Notes: a model not told the origin generated them from the letters alone. 63,695 bases of DNA, filler included, from Rhabdomonas costata (GCA_019059605.1; 53 parts of 53 records of this genome joined end to end with filler, not necessarily neighbours in it), one strand, 5' to 3'. Shown: positions 50,974 to 63,695, numbered from the whole stretch's first letter. Numbers and translations: made by a program.

Positions 50974-51127
50974 AAAAGCTTCAATTAGAATCCCTGGGAA
51001 GCGTGCATCGCCTCCTATCCCCCGGAAAAAGCTTCTATTGGGATCCCTGGGAAGAGTGCATCGCCTCCTTACCACTGGCAAAAGCTTCTATTGGGATCCC
51101 TGGGAAGCGTGCCTCGCTTCTATTGGC
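50974..51127. repeat. 53-bp minisatellite, about 2.8 copies
   Basis: AAAAGCTTCTATTGGGATCCCTGGGAAG.GTGCATCGCCTCCT-type units start at 50974, 51027 and 51080. Confidence 0.85.
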
Positions 51128-53110
51128 ATTGTTCTACCTTACTTCGGTCGGGGAGGGGGGGGTATCCAGGATGCACCTGAATAGGTGTGTGTGTGGGGAT
51201 CCAGGATGCACTTGGAAGGATCCAAGATGCACCAGCGCACGGCTGAAACAGTGACCTGGAGTGGCGGAGCCCTCAAGACTGGTTTCGCATTTTGGAGTGG
51301 AGATCAAATTTCTCCCATAGAGAGAAAAGAGACAAAAATACAATATGCAAACGTCTGCGCCAGCTTTCAGCGAAGGAGATTAATGTGGCCAGTATTTCCG
51401 TTCGACCACTTGTCGAGAACCAATGCAAACAGAGTGCGGTGTGCACTGGAGTTTCAGCAATCAGCCATAAAAATAGGAAAATCTTACGCCCGCAACGTAG
51501 TTGTGCCGAAAGGAACTCTTCCTATGGCAGACTTCTGACCAATCGCACTTCTGCTGCCCGGCGGAGGTCTCCGAGAGACCTCGGTGACGATTTAAGCGAG
51601 TTTCATGCAGAAAAAACTCTCCGCAGTAGCACAGACTCAAAACACACACACCCCNNNNNNNNNNNNNNNNNNNNNNNNNNNNNNNNNNNNNNNNNNNNTT
51701 AATTAATTAANNNNNNNNNNNNNNNNNNNNNNNNNNNNNNNNNNNNNNNNNNNNGTGGTGTTGGGCATGCTGCTGGGAAGGAGGGCCGGAGGAAGCTCCT
51801 CTGCGGGCACTAGGTCCACCAGCGTGGCCTGAGCCATGTGCTCCACTTGGGCCCTCGTGGAGCGGTCGCAGGCCACGGCCACGCCCAGCCGCCGGGCATG
51901 CCTGGCCAGGAAGTGCACCATGGTTAGCTATGAAAAAGAAACAAAGAGGGTCAGAAGGTGCGCAAGACACTGAAAGAACGCGGAGCCTTACGCCGACCCT
52001 GCGCACCCCAGGTCCAGGTACCCATTACAACCGGCCTTTCGCCCACGTGGAAAACGGCACTGCGAGCAGCAATTATTTGTTCAACTGAGCGGGCAAAAAT
52101 GCAGAAAACGAAACGGGGATATGCGGGAAGGGGGAGAGAAGAAAAGAGCAATCAAAACAATGAACCCGCAGAGGGGGGGAAACAATGCGTGAGTATTCAA
52201 AAGAGGTGTGGGTAGGTGTGTGAGGCATTAGGGAAGAAGGGGAGGCCAGGGGTGAACGAGGTGAGCAAAGATGTACACAAAGAGATAAAGGAAGGTTCCA
52301 ATGGGTTCTGAGGGTTTGTTGGGGAAAGACGCGCTGAGAAGGGGAAGGCTGAATTCTGGGGCACTCCCCCTGAAGGAGGGGGACCCTCGACCATCAGCTC
52401 CAACAACGAGCACGCGGCTGTCACGAAAGCATTAACATCAATGTCGAGCATTCGTCCATCATGGTGCACACTGCATTAGAAGTTAAGCCGATAAAAAGGG
52501 AAAAAGGGTTGCCATTCCAGAATAACGGAAAAACGGCACACGATCGTGGTACGAAAGAAACCCCTGTTATTACAAAAAGTGACACCGATTCACCAGAGCA
52601 AACCATATTTGGCAGTATAGCAGTATAGTAGCCTGATTTCCATACAAGGAGATACACACCTACTAATACCAAAAGAACATCAGGAGGTAAGCTGGAGCAC
52701 TTCAGCCTTCTTCAACCCAAGCGAAAAGTCCAATAAACGAAATCCATTCTTCACGCCACCAAAAACACACCACAGTGCCGAAGATCTGAAAGCTGAAATG
52801 CTGCTCCGCCCCCACATTCCCGAAAAGCGCACTCCCCGAGGCCACCGAACACACCACCNNNNNNNNNNNNNNNNNNNNNNNNNNNNNNNNNNNNNNNNNN
52901 NNTTAATTAATTAANNNNNNNNNNNNNNNNNNNNNNNNNNNNNNNNNNNNNNNNNNNNTTTGTTGGGGGACACCCATACATTTCCCTATCAACGTCGACC
53001 TCGTGTTTCAAATGCTATCCATTCTTGATCCTTTTTAAGGGTATGCCGCGTCGGCAGTTCTGCGTTGCCATGGCATTTTTGTGGAGAGGGTCTCTGTTTC
53101 CATCATCAAG

Positions 53111-53500
53111 GCAACAAGTGGCGAGTGCCTTCCTCCAGACCATGCCCACTGCCGACCCCCTCAGAAGCTGGAAGAGTCCGAAGTGGCCTCTCTGCTTAAT
53201 GTCCTGAAGCACGAGCCTCCCGACGAGGAGATTGGCGCTGCGAGGTTTGCGTTGTTCGAGAAGTTCGCGAAGGTGATAGAGACAGTACGGGGTGAGGTGC
53301 TCGCTCTGTGGAAGCTGTCGATGCCTCTGTTTGAGGGCTCCGAGCTGAAACGGATGCAGCAGCAGGTCAGGGCGATTGACTCTCAGGCCAACCTGGGGGT
53401 CGAGTTCACCCCAGGGGTGTGGCTCGTTCATGGAATGCTGCGCAAGGTGATGTCAAACAACAAGCTTCTGCGCGCCTTGCTTGACCAGATCACCGCTAAG
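53111..53500 (+). CDS. Hypothetical helical protein exon
   Basis: AG/GT-bounded 390-nt open frame with coding-like codon use (ARFALFEKFAKVIETVR...WLVHGMLRKVMSNNK). Confidence 0.6.
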
Positions 53501-54642
53501 GTGCGGAGGAGAAGGAGGATGGTTTTTTTGCAAGTGTTGCATCCTTCTTGCGTGCGGATGTCCTTTTAAGACAACAGACTTTTGCCTCACTGCACAAGAC
53601 CTAGCTGCGAATTGAACATCTCGTTATGGCTTTGGTTGTTTCGGTGTCGGCTGCCGAGGATCTGGAGTTTTCTGATTAGAATCGGCACTAAGGACAGATT
53701 CATATTCAACCCGTCTTTCTCTTTATCTTCTGGGTCATTTAGGCGTCGCGTCGGCGTGATTCCCAGCAGAGATGTTCCGTCTGCAGGGCGCTTATCTCCC
53801 CGTCGACACAGCCCGCGCACCCCTCATCCTGCATCCACACTGTCTGTGAGGACTGCTGGCAGATCTGGCAATCCCACGCCCAGGCTGGGACGGACTGCCC
53901 GATCTGCGTGCAGGGTGCCCTTGACGATGCCTCCCCCGCGGGAGAGCTAAGCGCAGAAGTGGTCACGGCCCCGCTCTCGGTGGGGTCGCAAGAAGATCCT
54001 ATCCACGTCGATCCTCCGCCGAAGGGTGTGAAGGTGGTGCGTTTTGCAGAGCCCTAGAGCTCTGNNNNNNNNNNNNNNNNNNNNNNNNNNNNNNNNNNNN
54101 NNNNNNNNTTAATTAATTAANNNNNNNNNNNNNNNNNNNNNNNNNNNNNNNNNNNNNNNNNNNNGGGGGGGGTGAGCACCCGGTAATTGAGCAAGAGCTG
54201 ACCAAAACAACACAGCAAACCAGCCTTCATTCTTTGTACCTAACACCGTTTCAACACAAAAGTTGTATACAACGCTTCTGGAAGCCTTTGAGCTGTTCCA
54301 AAAAGGTGCTAAGGCGCCAACACAGCAGGCAATAGTAAGCCTTCTCTACCCCCTTGTTCGGCCAATTCCGGCGGACTGGAGGCAGACAGAAGTAATTGTA
54401 TATGAGTATATACGGCCTTTTTTTCTCCAAAGACCCACGCTTCGCGCCTTATCCGTTGAACATAACAAAACCCTAAAACCGGCGAAAGAAAAAGAGCCGG
54501 CGAGTGGAGTCATAACGGCTCAGGGAATTTCAGGTTGAAAATCGGAGGAGAGCAGCGAGATGGGTAGAGGTGGGAGGTGCGTATATCAGTCGTTTTGGGT
54601 GCCTTGCCCGGACACTGCCTTTGCTATTCTCGGTATCCCCCT

Positions 54643-54890
54643 TTAGATAATCGCAGACTTCCCCAGGAGGTCGCGGGTCATGTTCTTCTGGTGGGACTCC
54701 AGGGTGCCCCCGCCAATCTCCAACAACTTGGCGTCGCGCCACAGCCGCTCCACGGCGTAGCTGCCGATGTACCCGTTGCCTCCCAGGACCTGCATCGCGG
54801 CATCCGCCACGGTCTTCGCCATCGGCGTCACGAAGAGCTTCACCCCATCCGTGTCCAGCCGGTTCCTTTTTCCGGGGTCGCAAGAGTGGG
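54643..54890 (-). CDS. IVD: Isovaleryl-CoA dehydrogenase-like acyl-CoA dehydrogenase, terminal exon (5' boundary uncertain)
   Basis: AMQVLGGNGYIGSYAVERLWRDAKLLEIGGGTLESHQKNM, followed by a stop. Confidence 0.88.
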
Positions 54891-54948
54891 TCGACAAAAC
54901 ACCATACCCCACCCCTGGCCCGGGAATACATCTACATGTTGCACAAAA

Positions 54949-55062
54949 CAAAAACAAAAACAAAAACAAAAACAAAAACAAAAACAAAAACAAAAACAAA
55001 AACAAAAACAAAAACAAAAACAAAAACAAAAACAAAAACAAAAACAAAAACAAAAACAAAAA
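54949..55062. repeat. (CAAAAA)19 microsatellite
   Basis: Perfect hexamer array, directly visible. Confidence 0.97.
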
Positions 55063-57844
55063 CACTCTGTCATCATTTGGAGAAGATTCTGATGATTAAT
55101 AAGATGCACTGTCCTTCATCAATTTTTCACTGCGGCTTCTTTATTTGAATGCTGTAGACAAGTTCTTCTCACCCCCCCCCCCCAACTAGCCCTGAGTTTG
55201 CAGCGCTCGACGTGGGCAAGATGTGGGTGAGTGCTACAGGCATCGCAGCTCAGTGCCACAACCAACCCCNNNNNNNNNNNNNNNNNNNNNNNNNNNNNNN
55301 NNNNNNNNNNNNNTTAATTAATTAANNNNNNNNNNNNNNNNNNNNNNNNNNNNNNNNNNNNNNNNNNNNGTTTTTGTGGGATTGAACATTCTTGTCCATT
55401 ACGTGTTTATTACCAAGGGGTGCCTTGTGCCATCTGCGCTGAACCAACTTATTGCAATCCTCTCTGCTCTTAGAGACACCCGTCAAGTATGGGGGTTCCC
55501 AGCGTGGCCTCTGCCGGAGAAGCGCCTCTCTCACTCTCTCTTTCGGCTACCGGCCTGAACCTGAGCCTGGTGACCAAAACAACATAAGGCCCGAAGGGGG
55601 AGTCGCCGCCTCGATGTTTGATGATTTCCTCTGTGTCGTTGTTGTGACTGAATGGGGTATCCTCCGTTCTCGTTCGGTGCTGGGCCAGTGTCCATATGAC
55701 CGCTCGTATGCTGTTGGTCTAGACCCCAAACAGCAAACTCCAGGAACACTACAACACCTTTGCATTCTTGGGTTGCCCGACCGATACTCTCATCTGACCT
55801 CTGCAACCTTTTCCGCTGCCACCATTGGGGTCCGTGCGGAGTTCTGGAGCATGACCGATAGTTTTTTGTCTTGATGCATTGGACTTGCTTTTTTCTTTGC
55901 TTTCGTGGTAACCGATGAGGAGATTCCAGGGATAGGATATTCACTTATACTGATGGCGATGATAATTTTTTCTCTTTTTCTGTGAGTGATTTGTGATTTG
56001 GTGGAAGCCGTGACCACTCTTCATGGGTTGGTGGTGCGGACGTAAACATAATATGCCCCAGTTTGCCCTAGTGCAAAACTATTTTGAGGAAAGGCGCGGT
56101 GACTGGGATGGATGACTCTCAGTGGTAGTCCTGATTCCGCTCGTGATCACCAAAGTGATGGCTCGGAGCATGCCATGCTCGCCGTTATCGTGCATCGCAT
56201 GTAAACCCCCCTCGAAACCCAGATCTTGTGGCGTGTGCCAGGAAATCTCTCCGGGGCTCGATTAACAGTACCAAAACACCATTAACACGGCCCGACATAA
56301 CACAATTTCCAATTTCCCTACAAATCACATTGGCACTGCAAATCGATATGTCCACCACATGGTGAGCGGTCATTACGGTGCAGTGCAGTGGGGACAAAGA
56401 TTGGAGCAATGGTGTATTGTGTTCCGCTGTTGAGAGTGGCTCGAGAGCTACCCCCGAGACCTACACAACAACCNNNNNNNNNNNNNNNNNNNNNNNNNNN
56501 NNNNNNNNNNNNNNNNNTTAATTAATTAANNNNNNNNNNNNNNNNNNNNNNNNNNNNNNNNNNNNNNNNNNNNGTGTTGGGGGCTCTTTCCCTGAACACT
56601 CAAAAGATCGCGGACGATTAGAAAAACTGACACAGGAGAGATTGGCTCAAATTTTTTGATTTTAAAAAGTGTTTAAAATGTTTTTCAAATATCCTGAAAC
56701 TTTTGAGTGTTCAGGGAAAGAGCCGCCAATATCGGCCCGAGGGTGCAAGGACCGGCCACCTAGCGTAGGCACTGTATATACAAAACACCCCGGACCTGCT
56801 TCGGCTTCGCCCTCTGGAAGCTGCTAATCAGCTTTTAAAGAAGTGTTCATTTTCTACTTTGTTGACGTATGTAAAAAAAAAGGCTACCAATATTTCGGGC
56901 GAACATGCACTTGCTCTTTGAGTCAAAAAACGAACTGTATCAGTAACCATACAGCCCTGACACTGGAATGCTCTTTGCTTCCCCTCCCTGCCAGCACCGT
57001 TGCCCCTAAAACGGCCGAAGACAACGAAAGCAAGGTCACCAGCAGTAGGGTGGCGTATGGGAGCCCCAAAGCACCCACGCGGCCGAGAACAATGCACAAG
57101 GGGAGCGTTCTAAAGCCATCTGACAGGCGTCACCCGCGGCCGAAGTAACAAGGCAAGGGTAAAAGAAAGGGGATATGATATGGGAGCGAGTGACAATGGA
57201 AGTGCGGGGGGAGCGGCGAAGGTTTGCGTTTGTTGGTTTGGGCATCCAATGGTGGACGATCATAAGGCGCTGGAGGACCGCGCAGCCCAGCGCTCGGCAG
57301 GAAAAAGTCCCTTTTCCTCTTCTGTGCGCGCACTTGGGAGAAAGAAGATTACGGCGCGAGAAAGCCTCTTGCAGTGCACAAAAAGAGTACCCCCACAAGG
57401 AATTCAAACGCCATGGGGAAGGAAATCACAACGTGCCAAGGAGTCGTCCACAATCATTCGCCCGCGCTTTCCACAAAAGCCACCAAGGAAAATTCCAGTG
57501 AGAATCACAAGGACATATGGCTGTTGGTGGAAAAGGGAAGAAGGAGGAGAGTTACCGGAGACCTGGGCCATGGCGCGACGGGGCCAGCGAACCCATGCAG
57601 GCGTCGGCAGCAGCAACTAATTATTGGCCACAGAATATGCACGTTCTTCACAAGAGGTGGGGCAGCACCCCCCAACCNNNNNNNNNNNNNNNNNNNNNNN
57701 NNNNNNNNNNNNNNNNNNNNNTTAATTAATTAANNNNNNNNNNNNNNNNNNNNNNNNNNNNNNNNNNNNNNNNNNNNGGGGGTTTGGGTTGAGATGTGTC
57801 CCGTCCCCCAAAGTTCAATAGACGCGAACGCACCTCCACTGCAG

Positions 57845-58628
57845 GTACCAGGACCCGAAGGACAATGGCCCTGCGGTGCAGTTCACGGACTTCACGTTGT
57901 ACGACCACGAGCGGCGCCCGATTGACCTGCGGGACTGCGTGGCGACGTGCCTGGGCGGGGGCTTCAGCGAGCCCGGGGAGGACTTCCGGGACAGTGTGAC
58001 GGGCACTCCGGGGGCGAAGTTCCTGCGGAGGGAGTTCGGAAGCTTCCCCCTGGACCTCGAGATCGATTTGGGGCAGAGACTGGTGGTGATGGCGTACAGC
58101 TGGAGGACCGGCCCGGACACTCCGAGCAGGTTTGTTCATGGAAGGAGCACGGTGATCTTGTAGTGTGGTTCCACACCCATCAAGTAAAGGGTACTTCTTC
58201 AGAGCCTCAATACTATTGGCCGTGGCGGAGGAGGAGGTGGCGTGGGTGTTTGGTGAGTGTTTTGCAAACGCTTCATGGGTTCAAGAAGTGATGCCTGTGA
58301 TTTTGAGATCCTGAAGAAGGAGAGGTGGAACGTTTACCCATCGACCTCCGTCGGCCGAAGACTCCGAAGCTCTCGGAGGATCACAACTTTGACCTGCCTT
58401 GATCAGCACCGAAGTTCGCTCAGCTTGAAATCTGATACTGACGTGAGTTTTTTGGATTGGAAAAAAGAATGCGGTGTATGCACTTGTGTGCTGTGTACTT
58501 GTGATGGTTTTGTGGGAACCTTGAAATTCCCCATTGCACCTGCGTACTTTTTTCTGCTCTCTTTCAGGGACCCCGTGAGCTGGATGTTCCAGGCTCTGGT
58601 GCCCCATGGGTGGGCTACCTTGGACCAG
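57845..58628 (+). CDS. Discoidin/F5-8 type C-like domain; exons 57845-58129 and 58568-58628
   Basis: Splicing gives VQFTDFTLY...IDLGQRLVVMAYSWRTGPDTPSRDPVSWMFQA...WATLD (YxWxT.xD.xxRDPxxW motif). Confidence 0.7.
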
Positions 58629-60536
58629 GTACGCATCCTGTTAACATGAGGTGATCAAAAAAATATAAGTGGAATATAAGTGGCCGCTGGGCTATGGGTT
58701 GTCAACAGTCAAACTGGTTGCGGAGAAGTTGCTCGACCTTCTGAAGGGTTGTATACGATTGGCAGGTTTATGGAGAGCCGAGGACCCCTTTACTGGTTCC
58801 CATTCAATTTTGACGGAAAGAACCCTGAAGTGCGGTGACTGCGCACCCAAGCTGCATGAAAGGTACCCTCACCCCCCCACCNNNNNNNNNNNNNNNNNNN
58901 NNNNNNNNNNNNNNNNNNNNNNNNNTTAATTAATTAANNNNNNNNNNNNNNNNNNNNNNNNNNNNNNNNNNNNNNNNNNNNGCACAATTGCTCTAAATTT
59001 ACTGCCCTCCATACACAATGGGAATAAATACCAATACGCTACAATCAATACACCAAAACGTTTTGAAATTCAAACAAGAAAGCAGCGCCGCACCCAGAGA
59101 AGAATCAAGTACAGAAACAGAAATGGGTGCAAAGAGGAGGGGGAAAGCAGACTGCAGTCGCAACTGCAGCGAAATTCAAGAACTATCCAGAAACTTGGAA
59201 ATGGAGAAAGGGACAACAACACGAACAAGACGGGGCGCCCCAACCCCTTCAGAAAAAGCCATGCAAAAGCTCCCCTGAAGGAGTGTTGTGCAGCATAGTC
59301 CCTAACATCAAGAGCAGCATGAACAGCACCAGTTGAAGGAAGCGCGTACCTCGCGTACCACGCATGCTTATTCCCCTGAGACCATAGTAATTATGAAGTG
59401 CCACTGGGACCACCACGGCATTGATCATCCAAACAGAAGAACGCTTGCTATGTCCTTGCTTTGCCGCCACCATAAAATTCTATTCACCACAACCCACTTT
59501 CCAACGTCCTACCCCCCGTGAAAATGTCTTGTTTTCTGGTCGGTTTGAGAATTACCAGAGTATTTTCCTGCGGAGTGCTTAAAAAGGCTGTCCTGAGAAT
59601 AGACGAAAAGTAACTTTTTCAGGATAGTTCCTCTGCCGCGTTACCACTTGGAAAGGGTGGGTGCGGGATGGTGCAGGCTGTTGTTCCCCTAAATGCGGTG
59701 GTGCTGAATACATCAGGTTTCTTGGTACCCCCCAATCATGAGCATTCATCGCCAGATCACAGCATAAGGAAAGGTCACCGGCTAACGCCCCATAATGCAA
59801 TATCCCGTGCATCCGCAAGGTCCGCATTATGCCCTCAGTCTCAGTCCCCAAAACGGGTGGGTTTTGTTTTTGCCATTGCTCCATAAATGGAGGCACGCGC
59901 CACCTACGTCAGAATCGGAACTCCCACAAAAAAGCGCAAAAAAAAAAAACTCAGGCCGACACCTTCTCTGTGAGGCGGGGGTTAACGAGCCCCGACAGAG
60001 GTCACGCACACACCCATCCCGAAACACGTAAGCCTTCGCCCCTCGTGCATGAGCAAAGAGGGAAGATAAAAAGAGGGAAGAATGTNNNNNNNNNNNNNNN
60101 NNNNNNNNNNNNNNNNNNNNNNNNNNNNNTTAATTAATTAANNNNNNNNNNNNNNNNNNNNNNNNNNNNNNNNNNNNNNNNNNNNGGGGTGTGGGGTGGT
60201 GTAATGATATTTGCCCATGGGGGTAGAAATTTCTTTTCTTTCGTCCAGGATGTCATGGGCCGCGAGCTGCACAAGATCCTAGGTGTTGGAGGCTAGGGGC
60301 ATTAAGCGTGCTCCAAGGAGAGGTTACTGGTCCCGTAACGGGAAGGTGGCGATGCACATATCCCACGATGAGGTTATTCGGCCTTGCAGGGGTTGGGTGG
60401 CGATGTACCTGTCGCAAGCTGACAGTATCGCCTGATGCAACACCTCTGGCGGAGCAAGATTAATCCAAAACCAGCTAGCCCAAAAATGAGCGTGTGTGCG
60501 CGTCACAAGTGCTTGTGTCCATGTTTGAAGGAGTAC

Positions 60537-61139
60537 CCCTGGACTGTTTTATGGGACCCCTTGTAGTTCAAACCATCGTACAGCCCCGCATTGTTGACCA
60601 ACAGGTGAAGGCTTGAGAAGGAGCCCAGGAAGGCGTCCACGAAGCTCCGAACCAAACCCATGTCGGAGAGATCCAAAGGAAGCACCTGCGATCCCCATGA
60701 CCACCACACGCTACCTTGTGGGAAGGTTCAAACAGATCGACTCGATTCAGTTGCGGGTTGTGAAGCTCCCTGCTTTGCATCATTGAGTGCGGGTGGCTGC
60801 GGCGGCTGGGGCTTCTGCTGTTGCTGCGGGTTCTGAAGCTCCTTGCTTTGGACAATGACCGGGGGAAGCTATGGCGGCTGGGGCTGCTGCCGCTGGTGCT
60901 GTGGGAAGACTTGCCGCTCCCTTGCCCCCCCCCTCCGCCCCGTATTAAGGTGCAGAGTTCACTGCTTTAGGTCACGTTAGGAGACGGGCTCGGGTTGAGG
61001 GAGGGGCAGGGGGAGGGGGCACGAGAAACCTGCAGGGTCCCGCAACCCGAAAGGCCCAGATTCAAGCAGGCCGTTTGGATGTCCTCCACCGCCTTTGGGC
61101 TCGATCCAGGCGCCGGCACGCCATCACCAAGGTTGCCCC
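60537..61139 (-). CDS. Short-chain dehydrogenase, RDH/WWOX-like; exons 61139-61030 (apparent 1-nt frameshift) and 60685-60537
   Basis: GATLVMACRRLDRA...GTLQ|VLPLDLSDMGLVRSFVDAF...LHLLVNNAG. Confidence 0.85.
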
Positions 61140-61749
61140 CTGAGAGTTCGAGGCATTGTAGGCGGCAGTGATGTACGACACAGCCCAAGCACAGTGAAAA
61201 ATGATTTACAAATCCGCAACACACACTGAGCTGGGCGTGAATAACCTCTGGTACGAATACTGTCAGGCACAATCCATAACCCACAAACNNNNNNNNNNNN
61301 NNNNNNNNNNNNNNNNNNNNNNNNNNNNNNNNTTAATTAATTAANNNNNNNNNNNNNNNNNNNNNNNNNNNNNNNNNNNNNNNNNNNNTTTTGGGGTGTT
61401 GTCACTTCGTCACTCCATCCACTGCGTTCCGGTCGTTCCTCGTTACTAGTCGACATTCACTCTCACTCGAGCTGCTCGTTCGTATTACTTTGAGTAGGAT
61501 GAGCTTGCGGTTGAAAGTGATGAGCTTGCTGTTGGTGAGCCTTTGCCTCTGAGGCTTCAGCGGAAAACCTCAGCGCTTGCTACAGAAACTTGTGCGCTTA
61601 TGGATGACGCTCTTGGTTATCCGTATTCTCAGGCAAAATTAACTGGACAACAGGTTTCATGTCCAGCGTTTCAAATAAGCGCGTTGAAATAGAAAATTGG
61701 CCGCACATTTTTGCGGAAGATGGCAAAAATGTAGATATTGAAGGTTTTC

Positions 61750-62300
61750 TGCGAAATCTTTCTCTGGATCTTGTAAGTTCTAATTGCCTTTAAGGCCAGG
61801 CCACAGATGGTTCCTATGGTGCCGCTGGTTGATAAAGATCTTCTGATCTACAACAAACTTGTAGTTGTCACGTTTGCTGTTGCCCAATAATCTAGACCAG
61901 GCACGCCAACGGAGACATTTCAGAAACAACCAAATGTACCAATGTTTGGCGCATTATTGTGCCGCAAAAAAGACTTTTTGATGTACGCGTTATTGCCTAT
62001 TAGTAGTTGAAGAACTCCTTGTTCAGAGTAACATAAACGCCTGCTACTGAGCTTTTCATCATGCCAAAAACTGGCCCCTATCAGGGTCGCCAGCGGTGCC
62101 GCCGTGGCGGCGTAATTTGCGACAAATTTGATAGAAGCCGCACATATGCAGTAAAACTAGCCAGTTGTAAAAGTCTTTGGGATGGTCCAACGACGCAAGG
62201 CACGTTTTTGACACTGTGTGAAGGCCACGCTTTCACGGTCAGGCTTGCAACCTCACCACTTACGTGTAACCCGGCGTCTGCAGCTGGTTCCACTGAACTC
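61750..62300 (-). mobile_element. Decayed Ty3/Gypsy LTR-retrotransposon pol remnant (RT to RNase H connection)
   Basis: Across frameshifts: GCKPDRESV..WTIPKT..QLASF..CGFY..KFVANYAATAAPLATL, matching the P.T...L.SFLG...YY..F...YA..AAPL signature. Confidence 0.65.
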
Positions 62301-63164
62301 GGTGTTCAGCAGCCGTATCCCGACTATGCTTTTGTACCGGCTTACCTTCGGTGCACCCAAGATAAGCCGGTACAGCGCAGTAAACATCACATTCATCGCT
62401 GGAACTTTGCTGCCAGAGTTGGTCCTGACAACATCGCTGAAAACAGATTGGCACACCTGGCAATGCAACTGAAGCGCTCGCTCCACCACACANNNNNNNN
62501 NNNNNNNNNNNNNNNNNNNNNNNNNNNNNNNNNNNNTTAATTAATTAANNNNNNNNNNNNNNNNNNNNNNNNNNNNNNNNNNNNNNNNNNNNTGTGGTGT
62601 TTTGAACGTCAAAATTCATATCCTACCATGACACGTTCCCGCTCTTCCATCCGCTCCTTACACGGTGCGGCACTGCTGACCTCTGCCCTTTTAATAATAG
62701 TCATAATAGGTTTTTAAGTCCGAAGCGATTCACGCGGATGGTTGGGCGTTACGTACGTACATCCGCGATTACTCCGTCGACAGGATTTGATTGTGCTACC
62801 TCTGTACTTCCTGCGCGGCCCTCAGGTCTTCTTTCCCTTCCGCTTTTTCTGTGTTTGTGAACACAGAGAATGCGAGACTTAACCCCCGGATGTGGGAGCC
62901 AAATACGGGGTATGCGACCCCGCAGAGATGAATAAGCTGAAGGCTCGCATGGTGAGTGTTGCCCCTTTGTGGACGGAACACCTCCGTGAAAGTGGCGCCG
63001 TGGGTCCCATTGGTCATTGCCATTACTAACTCAACCGATTTTCTCTCCTCTCCTCACTTTCTTTGCTACGGCTTCTTTGCCTAACACACACGTGCCAGAA
63101 GCGCGTACGCCATGTCCCTTCTTCCCACCCGAAACTCTGTGCAACCAGCTGTTCGCTGTATTAG

Positions 63165-63389
63165 TCTCGAGGAAGGCGACCACAGCCAAACTCGCCGCAG
63201 CCTTTCTCCAGCGCAGCTTTCTCCTCGCTGTCTCGGCGAGAACCCGCGGACGTCTCGGACAAGGTCGGATTCAGTGTCCCTCTGAAGCTCGTGATCATAG
63301 TCTCGCTGTGCATTTTCACCGTGGGGCCGGCAATCGCGCTTTGTATGGCGTCGTGGCGGACGGGCAACCAGGATATCAGCAGCGTCACA
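63165..63389 (+). CDS. Membrane protein exon with one TM helix, possibly a receptor N-terminus
   Basis: ttAG|TCT...ACA|GTaccc, 225 nt; VPLKLVIIVSLCIFTVGPAIALCMASW. Confidence 0.5.
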
Positions 63390-63695
63390 GTACCCGACCC
63401 AGAACAAGGAGTACACATTAACAGTGGCCGGAGAGACGATGGCAAAAACGGCGGTGGAATAAAGTGCAGAAGGTGAGGAGATTGGGCGAAAGCATGGCAA
63501 CGAAGAAAGCTCCCACATCACAACGAAAATGAGAGGTTTTCATATGGGGGATTTCAAATCAGCAGTTCTTTGCGTACTACTGCTTTTTCACATTTTTTTT
63601 CACAGATTTCTCGGACTCCGGCACATGTAGCGTTTATATTCCTCAGGATGCGACGGTGTCCGAGAAATCTGTGAAAAAAAATGTGAAAAAACAAA

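Noticed and set aside
50974..51127. CRISPR-like array
   Set aside because: Fewer than three units with only ~10 variable nt between them, in a eukaryotic context with no cas genes; it is a minisatellite.
54936..55109. Poly-QK, NK, TK, FL and FC ORFs
   Set aside because: Translations of the non-coding (CAAAAA)n microsatellite.
1101..62592. Regularly spaced TTAATTAATTAA repeat with ~1.1-kb spacers, and ORFs ending in X-runs or LIN
   Set aside because: Artificial linker embedded in Ns; the ORFs merely run into it.

Overview
This window is not a contiguous locus. It is a concatenation of 53 unrelated ~1.1 kb contigs joined by 52 identical 100-nt linkers (N44-TTAATTAATTAA-N44, with stops in all six frames), so gene neighbourhood across linkers carries no information. 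The contigs come from an intron-rich eukaryote with GC-rich exons and GT-AG introns. An RPB1 fragment with a YRHY motif, a class III cyclase-like fragment and a kinetoplastid-like isovaleryl-CoA dehydrogenase point to Euglenozoa, probably a euglenid (inference). Most contigs begin with G/T-rich and end with C/A-rich sequence, and several end in fold-back hairpins, which suggests whole-genome amplification. Recognisable partial genes: Rnl5/DRB0094-type RNA ligase, a TPR protein, HisE, an ankyrin protein, an ABCH-like ATPase, an hnRNP-U-like SPRY domain, GH47 EDEM/MNS4, Cdc25, UBA1, a MIB/HERC2 domain, RPB1, dynein heavy chain, a cyclase, IVD, a discoidin-like domain and an SDR. There are also decayed Ty3/Gypsy pol remnants, a MITE-like element and several repeats. 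I found no multi-gene novel system. The best leads are the intron-containing Rnl5 ligase, a Cys-rich module family on symmetric phase-1 exons, the palindromic-unit MITE, a canonical-looking Cdc25, and two compositionally odd contigs that share collinear motifs. All family calls are from motif recognition; no database searches were run.
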